A stretch of 64,000 nt of DNA from an uncultured Actinomycetes bacterium (lineage in GTDB: Bacteria > Actinomycetota > Thermoleophilia > RBG-16-64-13), in contig CAVPLM010000005.1 in NCBI GenBank assembly GCA_963706025.1, positions 544,001 to 608,000 of the forward strand, written 5' to 3'. Within the stretch, counting starts at the first letter, position 1, and each line of letters begins with the position of its first letter. This document shows positions 10,173-19,942 of the stretch, piece by piece. Both the position numbers and the translations under genes were made by a program. Under the pieces are notes generated by a model. It worked only from the letters and a program-made list of their open reading frames with translations, ran no database searches and was not told the origin of the DNA.

Positions 10173-10883
10173 ATGGAATGCCCACACTGCCGGGCGGAGT
10201 TGAACGCGAAGACCCACGTTTTTGCCCTGGGAGAGGATCCAGACGGCTCGTGGCAGGTCTCAAACACCCGGTGTCCCACCTGTGATCGACTCGTAGTCAG
10301 CTTATGCACGAAAGACGGATGCACTTACCCAATCCGGCCGTTGTCCTCGACGAGGGCGCGACTGAGTGATGACGTGCCGGCCGAGTACGCGGATGACTAT
10401 CATTCCGCCTCTCAGATCATCTTCTACAGTCCCGAAGCCTCAGCTGCCATCAGCCGGCGCTCGCTGCACCGCTTCCTGGCCGCCAAGGTGCACGCCGGAC
10501 ACGGTGGGCTGGCCGACCAGATCCGCCAGGCTGGTCTTGCTCCCGACCTGCCGGCCTACTTGAAGCAGGCCCTCCAAATGGTGGCCACTGTGGCCAAGCT
10601 GGAGCCGGATTCCGTCAAGAGCCTGCGGCCCGAGGCGCTCGCGCCGGTGGAGCCTGGAGAGGCCGATTGGCTGCTGGACGTCCTGGAACCGCTTTTCGAT
10701 CTCTACTTCGTGCAGCCGGCCCTTATGCAGCGCAAACAGGACTCTATGGAGGAGAAGACCGCTCCGCCTGCGCCGCCTGCGCCCTCCTCTGAGACCGTTC
10801 CCGCAGCCCCAGCTGCTGGAGACCAGGCGGCGACCCTGGAAACCGATGCCGAAACTCGGCCTGCCCTCGGCACGGCCACGTAG
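10173..10883 (+). CDS. Zn-ribbon plus DUF4145/HEPN-like protein
   Basis: AGGAGG RBS, CPHC...CPTC, then VPAEYADDY..AS..SPEASAAISRR, typical of DUF4145 proteins. Confidence 0.65.
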   Translation: MECPHCRAELNAKTHVFALGEDPDGSWQVSNTRCPTCDRLVVSLCTKDGCTYPIRPLSSTRARLSDDVPAEYADDYHSASQIIFYSPEASAAISRRSLHRFLAAKVHAGHGGLADQIRQAGLAPDLPAYLKQALQMVATVAKLEPDSVKSLRPEALAPVEPGEADWLLDVLEPLFDLYFVQPALMQRKQDSMEEKTAPPAPPAPSSETVPAAPAAGDQAATLETDAETRPALGTAT

Positions 10884-10934
10884 GACACATCCGAGGACCA
10901 AACCGACCCATAAACGGGATCCAAGGAGTTAGAC

Positions 10935-12236
10935 ATGGAGACTGAGATCAACGAACTGAGAGCCCAGGCCTTGCCGCATGGGGTCGCGAGCGCCACGACG
11001 TCGATCATAGCAAGCGCCAACAACGCCACCATCATCGACACGGAGGGCCGGGAGTACATCGACTTCGCCGCCGGCATTGGGACCATGAACGTGGGCCATT
11101 CCCACCCCCGGGTCCTGGCCGCGGCCCATGCGCAGCTGGACCGTTTCGCCCACACCTGCGTCCACATTTTCGGCTATGAGGCTTACATCAGGCTGGCGGC
11201 CAAGATGAACGAGAAGGCCCCCGGTACCTCGCCCAAACGGAGCTACTTCGTCAACTCCGGCGCCGAAGCGGTGGAGAACGCAGTCAAGATCGCCCGTTGC
11301 GCAACGGGACGCCCGGGGATCGTGGCTTTCGACAACGCCTTCCACGGACGCACCAACCTCACCATGGGCCTTACTTCCAAGATCGCCCCCTACAAGAAGA
11401 ATTTCGGCCCCTACACCCCCGAGATCCACCGGATCCCCTATGCCTACTGCTACCGCTGCCCCCTGAACCTCACCTACCCCGCCTGCGGGGTGGAGTGCGC
11501 GGAGTTGCTGCGGCGAGGGTTCGACAACTACTTTCAGGCCGATAAGATCGCCTGCGTGATCGCCGAACCGGTGCAGGGCGAAGGCGGTTTCATAGTGCCA
11601 CCGCCTGAGTATCACAGCAGGCTCAAGGCCATCTGCGAGGAGCAGGGCATCCTTTTCATCGCCGACGAGATCCAGACCGGGTTCGGCCGCACCGGCAGGC
11701 TTTTCGCCATGGAGCACTACGGCGTCGAAGCGGACATCATGACCACCGCCAAGTCGCTGGGGGCCGGGTATCCCATCGCCGGGATCACCGGCAAGGCCGA
11801 AGTCATGGACGCTCCTCATCCAGGGGGCATCGGCGGCACCTTCGGGGGCAACCCGCTGGGCTGTGAGGTCGCCCTCGAGGTGATCGCCATCATGGAAGAG
11901 GAGCGCCTGCCCGAGCGGGCGAACGAGATCGGTCGCCGGGTGAGAGAACGCTTCATCGCCATGCAGCAGCGGTTCCCCGTGATCGGCGACGTACGCGGGT
12001 TGGGGGCCATGATGGCCATGGAACTCGTCGAGGATCGCGACACCAAGAAGCCTGCGACGGACCTGACGAAGGCCTACCGGGCCAAGCTGTTCGAGAACGG
12101 CCTTGCCAACCTCCAGGCGGGGACCTACGACAACGTGATCCGCACCCTCATGCCCCTCACCATCGAGTGGGAGACGCTGCAGCGCGGTCTCGACATCATG
12201 GAGGAGACCCTCGCCCAGGTGACGGCAGCTTCGTGA
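10935..12236 (+). CDS. gabT: 4-aminobutyrate aminotransferase (class III PLP enzyme)
   Basis: DFAAGIG, NSGAEAVENAVK, FHGRT, EPVQGEGG, DEIQTGFGRTG, AKSL and GGTFGGNP motifs. Confidence 0.88.
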   Translation: METEINELRAQALPHGVASATTSIIASANNATIIDTEGREYIDFAAGIGTMNVGHSHPRVLAAAHAQLDRFAHTCVHIFGYEAYIRLAAKMNEKAPGTSPKRSYFVNSGAEAVENAVKIARCATGRPGIVAFDNAFHGRTNLTMGLTSKIAPYKKNFGPYTPEIHRIPYAYCYRCPLNLTYPACGVECAELLRRGFDNYFQADKIACVIAEPVQGEGGFIVPPPEYHSRLKAICEEQGILFIADEIQTGFGRTGRLFAMEHYGVEADIMTTAKSLGAGYPIAGITGKAEVMDAPHPGGIGGTFGGNPLGCEVALEVIAIMEEERLPERANEIGRRVRERFIAMQQRFPVIGDVRGLGAMMAMELVEDRDTKKPATDLTKAYRAKLFENGLANLQAGTYDNVIRTLMPLTIEWETLQRGLDIMEETLAQVTAAS

Positions 12237-14065
12237 CCGACACGACCAGGACGAGCGCTCCGGCCGCCAACGCGGGCGCGGGCGCCAACTCGGCCGTCGG
12301 CTCCAGCGCCGGCCGTTCAAGCGCGCGCGACCTCGAACGTAAGTCCTCGGCGGTGACACTCTCCGACATGGAGGTGTTCATCTTCCCTGAGCTGATGTAC
12401 AGCCTCGTGCTGGCCAACATCATGTCTCCCCGCATCTGGGCCTGGCGCGACGATCCTTGGTTCGCCGGCATCGAGAAGCTGACCCCCTACCGGCGTGTCA
12501 CACGGATCAAGCAGTACATCATGGACCACTACGCCTTCAACCTCGACCTCGACACCTGGGGACTCACGGACAAGCAGCGTGAGATCGACCGGTTCAAGGA
12601 CTGCGTGGATCCCGAGGCACTGGCCCAATCCAACGCCTTGTTCGGTTACGAAGGCGACAAGTACTACTTCGACATCGACATCCGCACGCACTTCGGCCTG
12701 GACAAGTACGGGGGCGACGTGATCCCCTACTGGAAGACCGAGACGGTCGAGGCCATGGACGCCTTCCGTCACAAGCCCACGTACTCCTCTGGGGCTGGAG
12801 AATGCGTCTCTTTGGCTACGCTCTATGCGGCCGCCCTGTTCATAGTCGCGCGCATCCCCCTGAGCGACATCTTCCTCATGGCCACGCCACTTCACTCCCA
12901 GAACTTCATCGACACCGGCCAGGGCGTTCTCACCAACAATCGCCGCCTTGTGACCAAGAACATGTGGTTCAACGGCACCGCGCTCTCCGCCCAGGCCCGC
13001 CGCGCCCTGGAGAACGAGCGGGTGACGCTCGTCGCCCACGAGACCGGATACGTACACATACTGTTCCCCGAGGCCACCATCGACCCTGAGGCGTACAAGC
13101 GGTTCGTCGGTAAGCTGCGCCGCTTCCTCCAAACGGCGCTCACCCCGGAGATCCTCGGCAACTTCGTGCGTCACAGCGCCGAGCTCCAGAAGTGCTTCCA
13201 GGTCCGTTGGCGGAACTTCGGCGTCGACCACTACATCGCCATGGAGAGGCTGCTCGCTTACGAGTACGACTGCCCGTTCCGCTTCAACGACGACACTCGC
13301 GAGCGCCTCATGATGGAGGTCGCCGGTGAGGACTTCGAAGCGCAGCCCCTCCCCGACCGCATCGTGCTGGACGACCTGGAAGAACTGGTGCGGCAGAAGC
13401 GGGTTGACATCCGCACCGTCGAGGGCTTCGCTCTTCTGGTCGACCAAGTTGCCGGTTCCTGCTTGAAGGCGCAGGACGCCATCGAGCGATTGCGCGACTT
13501 CTGCTGGACGGAACCGCGGCTCCCAGACGCAACGACCAGGACCTTCGCACGGGACCAGCCCCCACTGGACATCGATCTCGGCATGGAGCGTGCCGAGATC
13601 GTGGCACGGCTCGAATCACTGCGCGAGGCCAACGAACTGGCGGACCTGGCCTTCTATGCCTACCGCGACCTCAACCGCACCGAGGCGGAGCCCTTCCTCA
13701 AGGCGGCCCTCGAACGCTGTCCGGTCTCGATCGCGGCCTGCGCCGGCTTGGACGACGCCGCCGTGGTAGTGGCCGTCGAAGCGCTGGTGGACGAGTCGAT
13801 CTACGACGAGCCCGGACGGCTGGCGCAGCCGGACGAGGTGTGGAACTACGGCCGCGGCGATGGAGCAGAAAAAGCGCTGCTTCTGGCGAACCTATTGCGG
13901 GCCCGACACCCCGAGGCGAAGCTGGCCATCGAGGTCACGCCCGAGTCGGCCACGCTTCGCGCGGCCGCTTTGGACGCCGCGGACGCTCCCACCGCCGGCC
14001 TCCGGACCTACCGTTTCAGCAGCCGCAAACTGCTGCGGGCGCAGACCTGGGACTGCAGCGCATAG
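12233..14065 (+). CDS. Hypothetical protein with transglutaminase-like motifs
   Basis: GTG start overlaps the gabT stop (GTGA). GECVSLATLY...PLHSQNFID and a second, degenerate GDGAEKALLLA motif. Confidence 0.7.
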   Translation: MTDTTRTSAPAANAGAGANSAVGSSAGRSSARDLERKSSAVTLSDMEVFIFPELMYSLVLANIMSPRIWAWRDDPWFAGIEKLTPYRRVTRIKQYIMDHYAFNLDLDTWGLTDKQREIDRFKDCVDPEALAQSNALFGYEGDKYYFDIDIRTHFGLDKYGGDVIPYWKTETVEAMDAFRHKPTYSSGAGECVSLATLYAAALFIVARIPLSDIFLMATPLHSQNFIDTGQGVLTNNRRLVTKNMWFNGTALSAQARRALENERVTLVAHETGYVHILFPEATIDPEAYKRFVGKLRRFLQTALTPEILGNFVRHSAELQKCFQVRWRNFGVDHYIAMERLLAYEYDCPFRFNDDTRERLMMEVAGEDFEAQPLPDRIVLDDLEELVRQKRVDIRTVEGFALLVDQVAGSCLKAQDAIERLRDFCWTEPRLPDATTRTFARDQPPLDIDLGMERAEIVARLESLREANELADLAFYAYRDLNRTEAEPFLKAALERCPVSIAACAGLDDAAVVVAVEALVDESIYDEPGRLAQPDEVWNYGRGDGAEKALLLANLLRARHPEAKLAIEVTPESATLRAAALDAADAPTAGLRTYRFSSRKLLRAQTWDCSA

Positions 14066-14107
14066 CGCCCGGACGACGGCCCCTGGCTCGCACGATCTCC
14101 CCGACAC

Positions 14108-14136
14108 GACGAGAGGGCCCCTGAGGCCCTCTCGTC
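14108..14136. terminator. Hairpin after the gabT operon
   Basis: GACGAGAGGGCC-cctga-GGCCCTCTCGTC, a 12-bp stem. Confidence 0.6.
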
Positions 14137-14205
14137 TCCTCGCAGCCTCCCGGCCGGCCGCTGCGGGGCGAAGCCCGGCGGAAGGCCGGCTGCTTCGGCC
14201 GGGTG

Positions 14206-14439
14206 CTACCGGTAGTCCTCCCCGCTGACCATACCCGTGATGGCGTAGACCCCCTCGACCGGCGGCGGGGGCACCACCTTGGCGGCTTCGGCCATGGCGC
14301 CGCGAATCGCGTCGGCATCCTTGGCGTCCCATTCACAATAGAGCCTGCCCTCCTCGGGCACGTACCAACTCCGGACCCAATAGGCGTCGGTGGTGGAATT
14401 CGCCTTCACGGCCCGGGCCAGGGGCGCAGCCGCCTCCAT
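14206..14439 (-). CDS. DUF4242/nickel-binding-like small protein, possibly lacking its N-terminus
   Basis: WVRSWY..EGRLYCEWDAKDADAI pattern. Confidence 0.55.
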   Translation of the reverse strand: MEAAAPLARAVKANSTTDAYWVRSWYVPEEGRLYCEWDAKDADAIRGAMAEAAKVVPPPPVEGVYAITGMVSGEDYR

Positions 14440-14591
14440 TCTCCGCGGTAGCGGGCGGCCGTCAAGTAGATTGTTCCAGCCCTAGGTTTGACCGCTTCGA
14501 GTTCATGGAACCATAGCCGAGGGATCGCCGCGCCGCGCGCCAGGCGATCGTTCCGGTAGTGCTCACGAGATGCTCCTAGGAGGTTCTTGGT

Positions 14592-15134
14592 ATGAAGTAC
14601 AGGTGTAGTGTGTGTGGCTACGTTCACGAAGGTGATTCACCCCCGGACAGCTGCCCACAATGCAGGGCGCCCGGTTCGGCCTGCGTCTTGATGACCGAAG
14701 TCGACATGACCTGGGCGGCCGAACACGTGATCGGTATCGCCAAGGACGTCGATGCCCGTGTCATCGAGGGTCTGAAGAACAACTTCAACGGTGAGTGCAC
14801 CGAAGTGGGCATGTATCTGGCTATGTCCCGAGCCGCCGACCGCCAGGGCTACCCTGAAGTGGCCGAAGCCTACAAGCGTATCGCCTACGAGGAGGCGGAC
14901 CACGCCTCCCGGTTCGCGGAGCTTCTGGGTGAAGTGGTCTCTGCCGAGAGCAAGACGAATCTGGAGATGCGGGTCGAGGCTGAATACGGCGCGACCGCGG
15001 GCAAGGTGGAGCTGGCCAAGCTGGCCAAGGAGTTGGGCTACGACGCCATCCACGACACCGTGCACGAGATGGCCAGAGACGAGGCCCGCCACGGCAAGGC
15101 CTTCAAAGGCCTGCTGGAGCGGTACTTCGCCTGA
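14592..15134 (+). CDS. rbr: Reverse rubrerythrin (NADH peroxidase)
   Basis: N-terminal rubredoxin CSVC...CPQC, then ferritin-like [14 protein letters not shown] and DEARH motifs. Confidence 0.93.
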   Translation: MKYRCSVCGYVHEGDSPPDSCPQCRAPGSACVLMTEVDMTWAAEHVIGIAKDVDARVIEGLKNNFNGECTEVGMYLAMSRAADRQGYPEVAEAYKRIAYEEADHASRFAELLGEVVSAESKTNLEMRVEAEYGATAGKVELAKLAKELGYDAIHDTVHEMARDEARHGKAFKGLLERYFA

Positions 15135-15173
15135 TCCCCCACCCGTCGTCTCGGGTGCGGATAGAGACCTGTG

Positions 15174-15217
15174 ACAGACGGCCCCGGCGGGCGAATCCTC
15201 CCGCCGGGGCCGTCTGT
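15174..15217. terminator. Bidirectional hairpin
   Basis: 18-bp stem ACAGACGGCCCCGGCGGG/CCCGCCGGGGCCGTCTGT between convergent genes. Confidence 0.7.
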
Positions 15218-15223
15218 ACGGGC

Positions 15224-16150
15224 TCAATCGAACTCGTCGGATTCCTCGGCCGAGTAAAACAGGTACAGATCGTCCCCCTTGAGGTTCCCCTCGTCCCTGC
15301 TCAGCAGGTGCTTCTCGGCTTGCTCCCGTGCTTGGATGGCCGCTTGTTCCATGACCGCCAGCTTCTCCGGGATCCCGCGTTCGGCGAGAACCGCCTTCGC
15401 GGCGCGGAACAGAGTCCGGCTGCCGTATAGCCAGACTGCCTCATCAAGGATCTTGCAGGGCACCATGTTCTTGAACGTATCGAACTCGGCCTGCTCTTTC
15501 AGACGCTCGAGCGGCTTGATGACGTAGTCGATCTCCTCCCTGATGGAAGGGTTGATCAGGTGCCGGTACTTCTGCTCGTAGATGGCGTCGTCTATTTGCT
15601 GCGCCAACTCGTCCGGCGCCTGGTCATCCATGATGACGACCAGATCGAGATCGGAGCCCCTGACCATCCTACCGGTGCTGCGCTCCGGCCGGGGCGCGTC
15701 ATGACCCATCTCGTAGACGATGTCGCCCGCGAGAAGGACGCAGAAGCGCCCCTCCTCCGAACGCTCGTCTTCGAGAAGACGGCTACCGATGTCGCCGATC
15801 ACCCTCTGGGCCAGCTTCAACTTGGCTGCGCTGATATCCCTTGCGTGGGCGGCAAGCTCTTCGGTCCGCAGGTCCAGCGCGGCGGTGTCACCCGCTAACC
15901 CCACCACTGAGTAGGTGAGGAACTCGCGCAGGATCGACGGTGAGAGTCGGGCGTAGCCTTCGACCTTGTGGTCGAGCCTGAGATATCGCCTGCCCACGCG
16001 TCTGACCACAAGCCGGGTCGACCGCATGCAGGTCTTCCACTGACCGAAACCGTCCTCACCGAGAGCTTCGCGCAATTCGGCCCCGGTCTGGGGACCGCGG
16101 TCCTCCAGCAGCCGGACGATCTTCTCTTCCACCGACTTAGCCTGCGGCAC
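15224..16150 (-). CDS. wHTH plus Pol-beta-type nucleotidyltransferase-like hypothetical protein
   Basis: N-terminal GPQTGAELREAL helix motif. LLAGD...GSDLDLVVI...EIDY acidic motif. Confidence 0.65.
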   Translation of the reverse strand: MPQAKSVEEKIVRLLEDRGPQTGAELREALGEDGFGQWKTCMRSTRLVVRRVGRRYLRLDHKVEGYARLSPSILREFLTYSVVGLAGDTAALDLRTEELAAHARDISAAKLKLAQRVIGDIGSRLLEDERSEEGRFCVLLAGDIVYEMGHDAPRPERSTGRMVRGSDLDLVVIMDDQAPDELAQQIDDAIYEQKYRHLINPSIREEIDYVIKPLERLKEQAEFDTFKNMVPCKILDEAVWLYGSRTLFRAAKAVLAERGIPEKLAVMEQAAIQAREQAEKHLLSRDEGNLKGDDLYLFYSAEESDEFD

Positions 16151-17116
16151 CTACGGGCTGTCGCGCAGGTCGACGATCTCGCAACCCTTGGACTCGGCCT
16201 CCGCGCGGCGCGCAAGCACTTCCGCCGCGGCGGCCTCGTCGAGGACGTAGACCAGATTACCGCCCGCGGCGGCGTACTTCTGCCCGTAGCTGATGGGCAC
16301 GTCGCAGGTCACTTCTCCCAGGACGGACTCCGCGACCGGGCCGGTCTTCCTGCTGCCGTTCGCCAAGAGGACGATGGTGGGCGCCTCGTAGACCAGCTCG
16401 GCGCCCATGGATATCGCGTACCGCGGGCTCTCCTCGATCGAGGGGAAGTGGCCGTCGCGAACGGCGTTGCCCACGGTGCTGTCGTCCAGCTTCACCAGCA
16501 ACACCCGATTGCCCGCAAACGGTATGCCGCTCTCGTGGAAGGCCACGTGCCCCCGGCCTCCGACCCCGACGATGTGGAGATCGATACCGCCGACGGACTT
16601 GATCTTCCGTTCGTATGCATCAAGCACGCTTTCTTTGATCGAGCCCAGGACGCCGCCGGCGCCGTCCTTGATGACGATGGCTTTGCCCTGATCGACCCCC
16701 TGCATCTCATAATCGTCCTGGTACTTGTCGAGAGCCGCGATCAGCTCGTCCTGCTCGACAAGCGTTCCCCAGGGAACATTGGTCTCGGCGAACTTCCGTT
16801 CCAATAGTCCGAACAGTTCCTGCACCATGAAGTAGCTGTAAGACTCGCAGTGAAGGCAGCGTTGCTGGGCGTTCTCCCCTGGGAGACCCACGTACTCGTC
16901 CAGGTTGAAGGTACGGACCCGGCCGGCGTCTATGCCGCCCTGGTTGAACGCTTCGGCCAGGTGTTTGTACAGGCCGGTGGGTGAGTTGCCGGTGGCAAGC
17001 CCGAGAACGTACTCGTCTTTGACCGCCTGCTTCTCCTTGATATCGGCCCCGACGATGTCGGCGGCGACCCGGCTCATCTGGTCGTAATCCCGGGTCACGA
17101 AGATCCTGAAGGCCAT
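16151..17116 (-). CDS. nagB: Glucosamine-6-phosphate deaminase-like protein
   Basis: LGLATGNSP, TFNLDEYVGL, GGIDL..GVG.RGHVAFHE and AISMG motifs. Confidence 0.85.
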   Translation of the reverse strand: MAFRIFVTRDYDQMSRVAADIVGADIKEKQAVKDEYVLGLATGNSPTGLYKHLAEAFNQGGIDAGRVRTFNLDEYVGLPGENAQQRCLHCESYSYFMVQELFGLLERKFAETNVPWGTLVEQDELIAALDKYQDDYEMQGVDQGKAIVIKDGAGGVLGSIKESVLDAYERKIKSVGGIDLHIVGVGGRGHVAFHESGIPFAGNRVLLVKLDDSTVGNAVRDGHFPSIEESPRYAISMGAELVYEAPTIVLLANGSRKTGPVAESVLGEVTCDVPISYGQKYAAAGGNLVYVLDEAAAAEVLARRAEAESKGCEIVDLRDSP

Positions 17117-17125
17117 GTCTCTCTC

Positions 17126-18475
17126 CTATCCGATCGCGGCTTTCACCACATCGGCCAACTGCGAGGCGTATTTCTCCGTGATCTCCTCAGTGGGTCCCTC
17201 GACCATGACCCGGCACATGTTCTGGGTGCCCGAGTACCGCACGAACACCCGCCCTTCGTCCTTGAGCTCGGCCTCCACCTGCTTGATCGCCTCGACGATC
17301 TGGGGCACCGTCTGGATATCCGGCTTGCTCTTCACATCCACGTTGATGAGCTTCTGCGGGAAGACATCCATCAACTTGGCCATCTCCGAAAGGGGTTTGC
17401 CCGCCTTGAGCATGGCGGCCAGCAGCTGCATGGCCGTGAGGATCCCGTCACCGGTGGTGTGGTGGTCGAGGAAGATCAGATGCCCGGATTCCTCGCCGCC
17501 CAACACCCCACCCAGCCGCTGCATGTCTTCCAGCACGTAGCGATCGCCCACCTTCGCCGCATGGTTCTTGAAGCCGTACTTCTTGCAGGCCACGCTCAAG
17601 CCCATGTTGCTCATGATGGTGGAAACGAGAAGATCGTTCTTGAGCCGGCCTTCTTCCTTCAGCATGCAGGCGCAGATGATCATGATCTGGTCGCCGGTGA
17701 TCTCGCTGCCCTTCTCGTCCACGGCGATAAGACGGTCGCCGTCGCCGTCGAAGGCCAGACCGATGGCCGCTCCGTTCTCCACGACCGCTTTCCTCAGGTC
17801 CTCGGTATGCTGCGACCCGCAGTTCTCGTTGATGTTGAGGCCATTAGGGGTGTTGTGGATCACCGTGACCTCGGCGCCCAGTTCGGTGAAAGCCGCCGGG
17901 GCTACACGATACGTCGCACCGTTGGCCGTATCCAGGACGATCTTCAGGCCTTCCATGGAGAGCGTGCGAGGAAATGTGTTCTTGAGGAACACGATGTATC
18001 GGCCGGGAGCGTCGTCCAACCGATAGGCACGGCCCATGCCGTGCGGCGGAGGCACCATCTCGGGGAGCTTCCCGCCCAGTATGAGCTCCTCGATGGCTTC
18101 TTCCTGCTCGTCGGAGAGCTTGAAGCCGGCGCCTGAGAAGATCTTTATGCCGTTGTCCTGATAGGGGTTATGGGAGGCGGAGATGACCGCGCCGGCATCA
18201 GCCCGCATGCTCTCGGTGATGAACGCGATCCCCGGAGTGGGCAGGACCCCCACCAGGTAGGGCACACCTCCCATGGACGTGACGCCGGACTCGAGGGCGC
18301 TCTCCAACATGTAGCCGGAGAGACGGGTGTCTTTCCCGATGATCACCCGAGTGGTGTGATGCGACTTCTTGAGCACTCGAGTCACGGCCTGGCCCACGGC
18401 AAAGGCCGTGTTCGCATCCATCGGATAACGGTTGGCCTCGCCTCTTATGCCATCGGTCCCGAACAACTTGCCCAT
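17126..18475 (-). CDS. glmM: Phosphoglucosamine mutase
   Basis: FGTDGIRG, ISASHNP, DGDGDR, GGEESGH and RYSGT motifs. Confidence 0.96.
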   Translation of the reverse strand: MGKLFGTDGIRGEANRYPMDANTAFAVGQAVTRVLKKSHHTTRVIIGKDTRLSGYMLESALESGVTSMGGVPYLVGVLPTPGIAFITESMRADAGAVISASHNPYQDNGIKIFSGAGFKLSDEQEEAIEELILGGKLPEMVPPPHGMGRAYRLDDAPGRYIVFLKNTFPRTLSMEGLKIVLDTANGATYRVAPAAFTELGAEVTVIHNTPNGLNINENCGSQHTEDLRKAVVENGAAIGLAFDGDGDRLIAVDEKGSEITGDQIMIICACMLKEEGRLKNDLLVSTIMSNMGLSVACKKYGFKNHAAKVGDRYVLEDMQRLGGVLGGEESGHLIFLDHHTTGDGILTAMQLLAAMLKAGKPLSEMAKLMDVFPQKLINVDVKSKPDIQTVPQIVEAIKQVEAELKDEGRVFVRYSGTQNMCRVMVEGPTEEITEKYASQLADVVKAAIG

Positions 18476-18499
18476 GTGTTGCTCCTCCCCACAAAAGAT

Positions 18500-19723
18500 C
18501 TAGCGTTTATACTCGTCCTCGAACAGGTCCATCGACCTCAGAAGCGCGTCTGCCTCCCCACAGAGCGCGTCGACGATCTGCTGCAACCACTGCACCCCTA
18601 GGGCGCGTAATTCCGGCGTGAAGCCCTGGATCGTTTCAATGTAGCCGGCGGCGGCAGCCGCGGCGCCCGGCTGGAACGCATCGAGGAACTCCGGTCGGCC
18701 CGGCGTCCCCGGGTACTCACCGAACACGGCGCAGACCTCGCCGACCCGCTCCCTGAACTCCGGCCCCGCAGCACTGGAGTCCGGCACCTTCCCCGCCATG
18801 GCGGTCAGGCGCTTCGTGCGCTCTTCTTTTGCCAGCGACAGCATCTCCAGGGCCCCTTCGTAGACGAGGATCCCCATCTCTTGCTTGGCGAAGAAGGGCT
18901 CCCGGACCTTTCTGTACCATTCCTCGAGCGCTACCAGATTGGCGAGATAGATGACGTTGTTGCGGACCAAGCGGGCCAGATTCTTGTAGGTGCGCGGATG
19001 GTGGTCCCGCTCGAAGCCGGGAGGCGGCACGGCAGCCACGAGCTTTCCGTCCTCGAGGATGTCGTGGAGCAGGACCGAACCTGCGGCCACCACGGTGCCA
19101 TACCCGACTCGAACGGGGCCTACAGCGCCCCCTTGACCACCCAGGAAGATCGGTGGCTGGTCCAGCATCACCCCACGCGGTACGTCCCCAAAAAGGGAGG
19201 CCGTGGTCTTGTCGCCGTCAGGGGTGAAGTTGAAGTGGATGTAGGAACTCCCCACCTCGCTGTGGTCTTTGCGACTGGTGCCGCCGGCCATCAGGCAATC
19301 GCAGAAGTTGATGAGGCTCCCCAGGGTGACGAACGGCAGCAGGATGGTCTGTTTGAGCCCGACACAGTGGGCACCGCCCGCTTCCTCCTCGAGCAGACAG
19401 CCCTCGCGGACCTGGGCTCCCAGCCCCATGTTGGCTTTCTCGAGAAAGACGGCCTGCTTGAAGTAACCCCCTTTGAGCTCAACCTTGGGGCCCAACCTGC
19501 AGCCGTCGAGAGTCACCGGACCCTCGGCGCCCAACCTGCAGCCTGCCGAAATGACCGTCTTCGCACCGGAGAGCCGGCACCCGGGATAGAGGGTCACCCC
19601 ATCTCCGGAGATGAGGTTCACGTCGACATCGTCGCCGACGTCAAGGCTGAGGGGATTGGGTGCGACTACCCCCTTGTCGATCAGTTGAACGACTTTGTCG
19701 TAACCCCTGGGTAGTAGATCCAT
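18500..19723 (-). CDS. GlmU-like left-handed beta-helix acetyltransferase lacking the uridyltransferase domain
   Basis: Hexapeptide-like region, VGLKQ, NFTPDGDK and PVRVGYGTVVAAGSV align with the GlmU C-terminal half. No GxGxRM N-terminal motif. Confidence 0.7.
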   Translation of the reverse strand: MDLLPRGYDKVVQLIDKGVVAPNPLSLDVGDDVDVNLISGDGVTLYPGCRLSGAKTVISAGCRLGAEGPVTLDGCRLGPKVELKGGYFKQAVFLEKANMGLGAQVREGCLLEEEAGGAHCVGLKQTILLPFVTLGSLINFCDCLMAGGTSRKDHSEVGSSYIHFNFTPDGDKTTASLFGDVPRGVMLDQPPIFLGGQGGAVGPVRVGYGTVVAAGSVLLHDILEDGKLVAAVPPPGFERDHHPRTYKNLARLVRNNVIYLANLVALEEWYRKVREPFFAKQEMGILVYEGALEMLSLAKEERTKRLTAMAGKVPDSSAAGPEFRERVGEVCAVFGEYPGTPGRPEFLDAFQPGAAAAAAGYIETIQGFTPELRALGVQWLQQIVDALCGEADALLRSMDLFEDEYKR

Positions 19724-19942
19724 CAAGAGCTCCTCAGCAGCCGGACCCTTCGGTGAGGCCCGTATCGTCATCGCGGCAAAGCGTCAAAAACTCGCGCAAG
19801 AGTCGCGCAGCGAGGGCTCGTTGTCAAGCGGCGTCGGAGTTGCGAGGCGGGCATCGAGACATGTGACCTTTCCCTAAGTGATGCAGACCGTTGTGCCGTG
19901 CCCTGCTTCCCCGGGGCCGCCAGGCCGTGTAGAGTGGATTCC

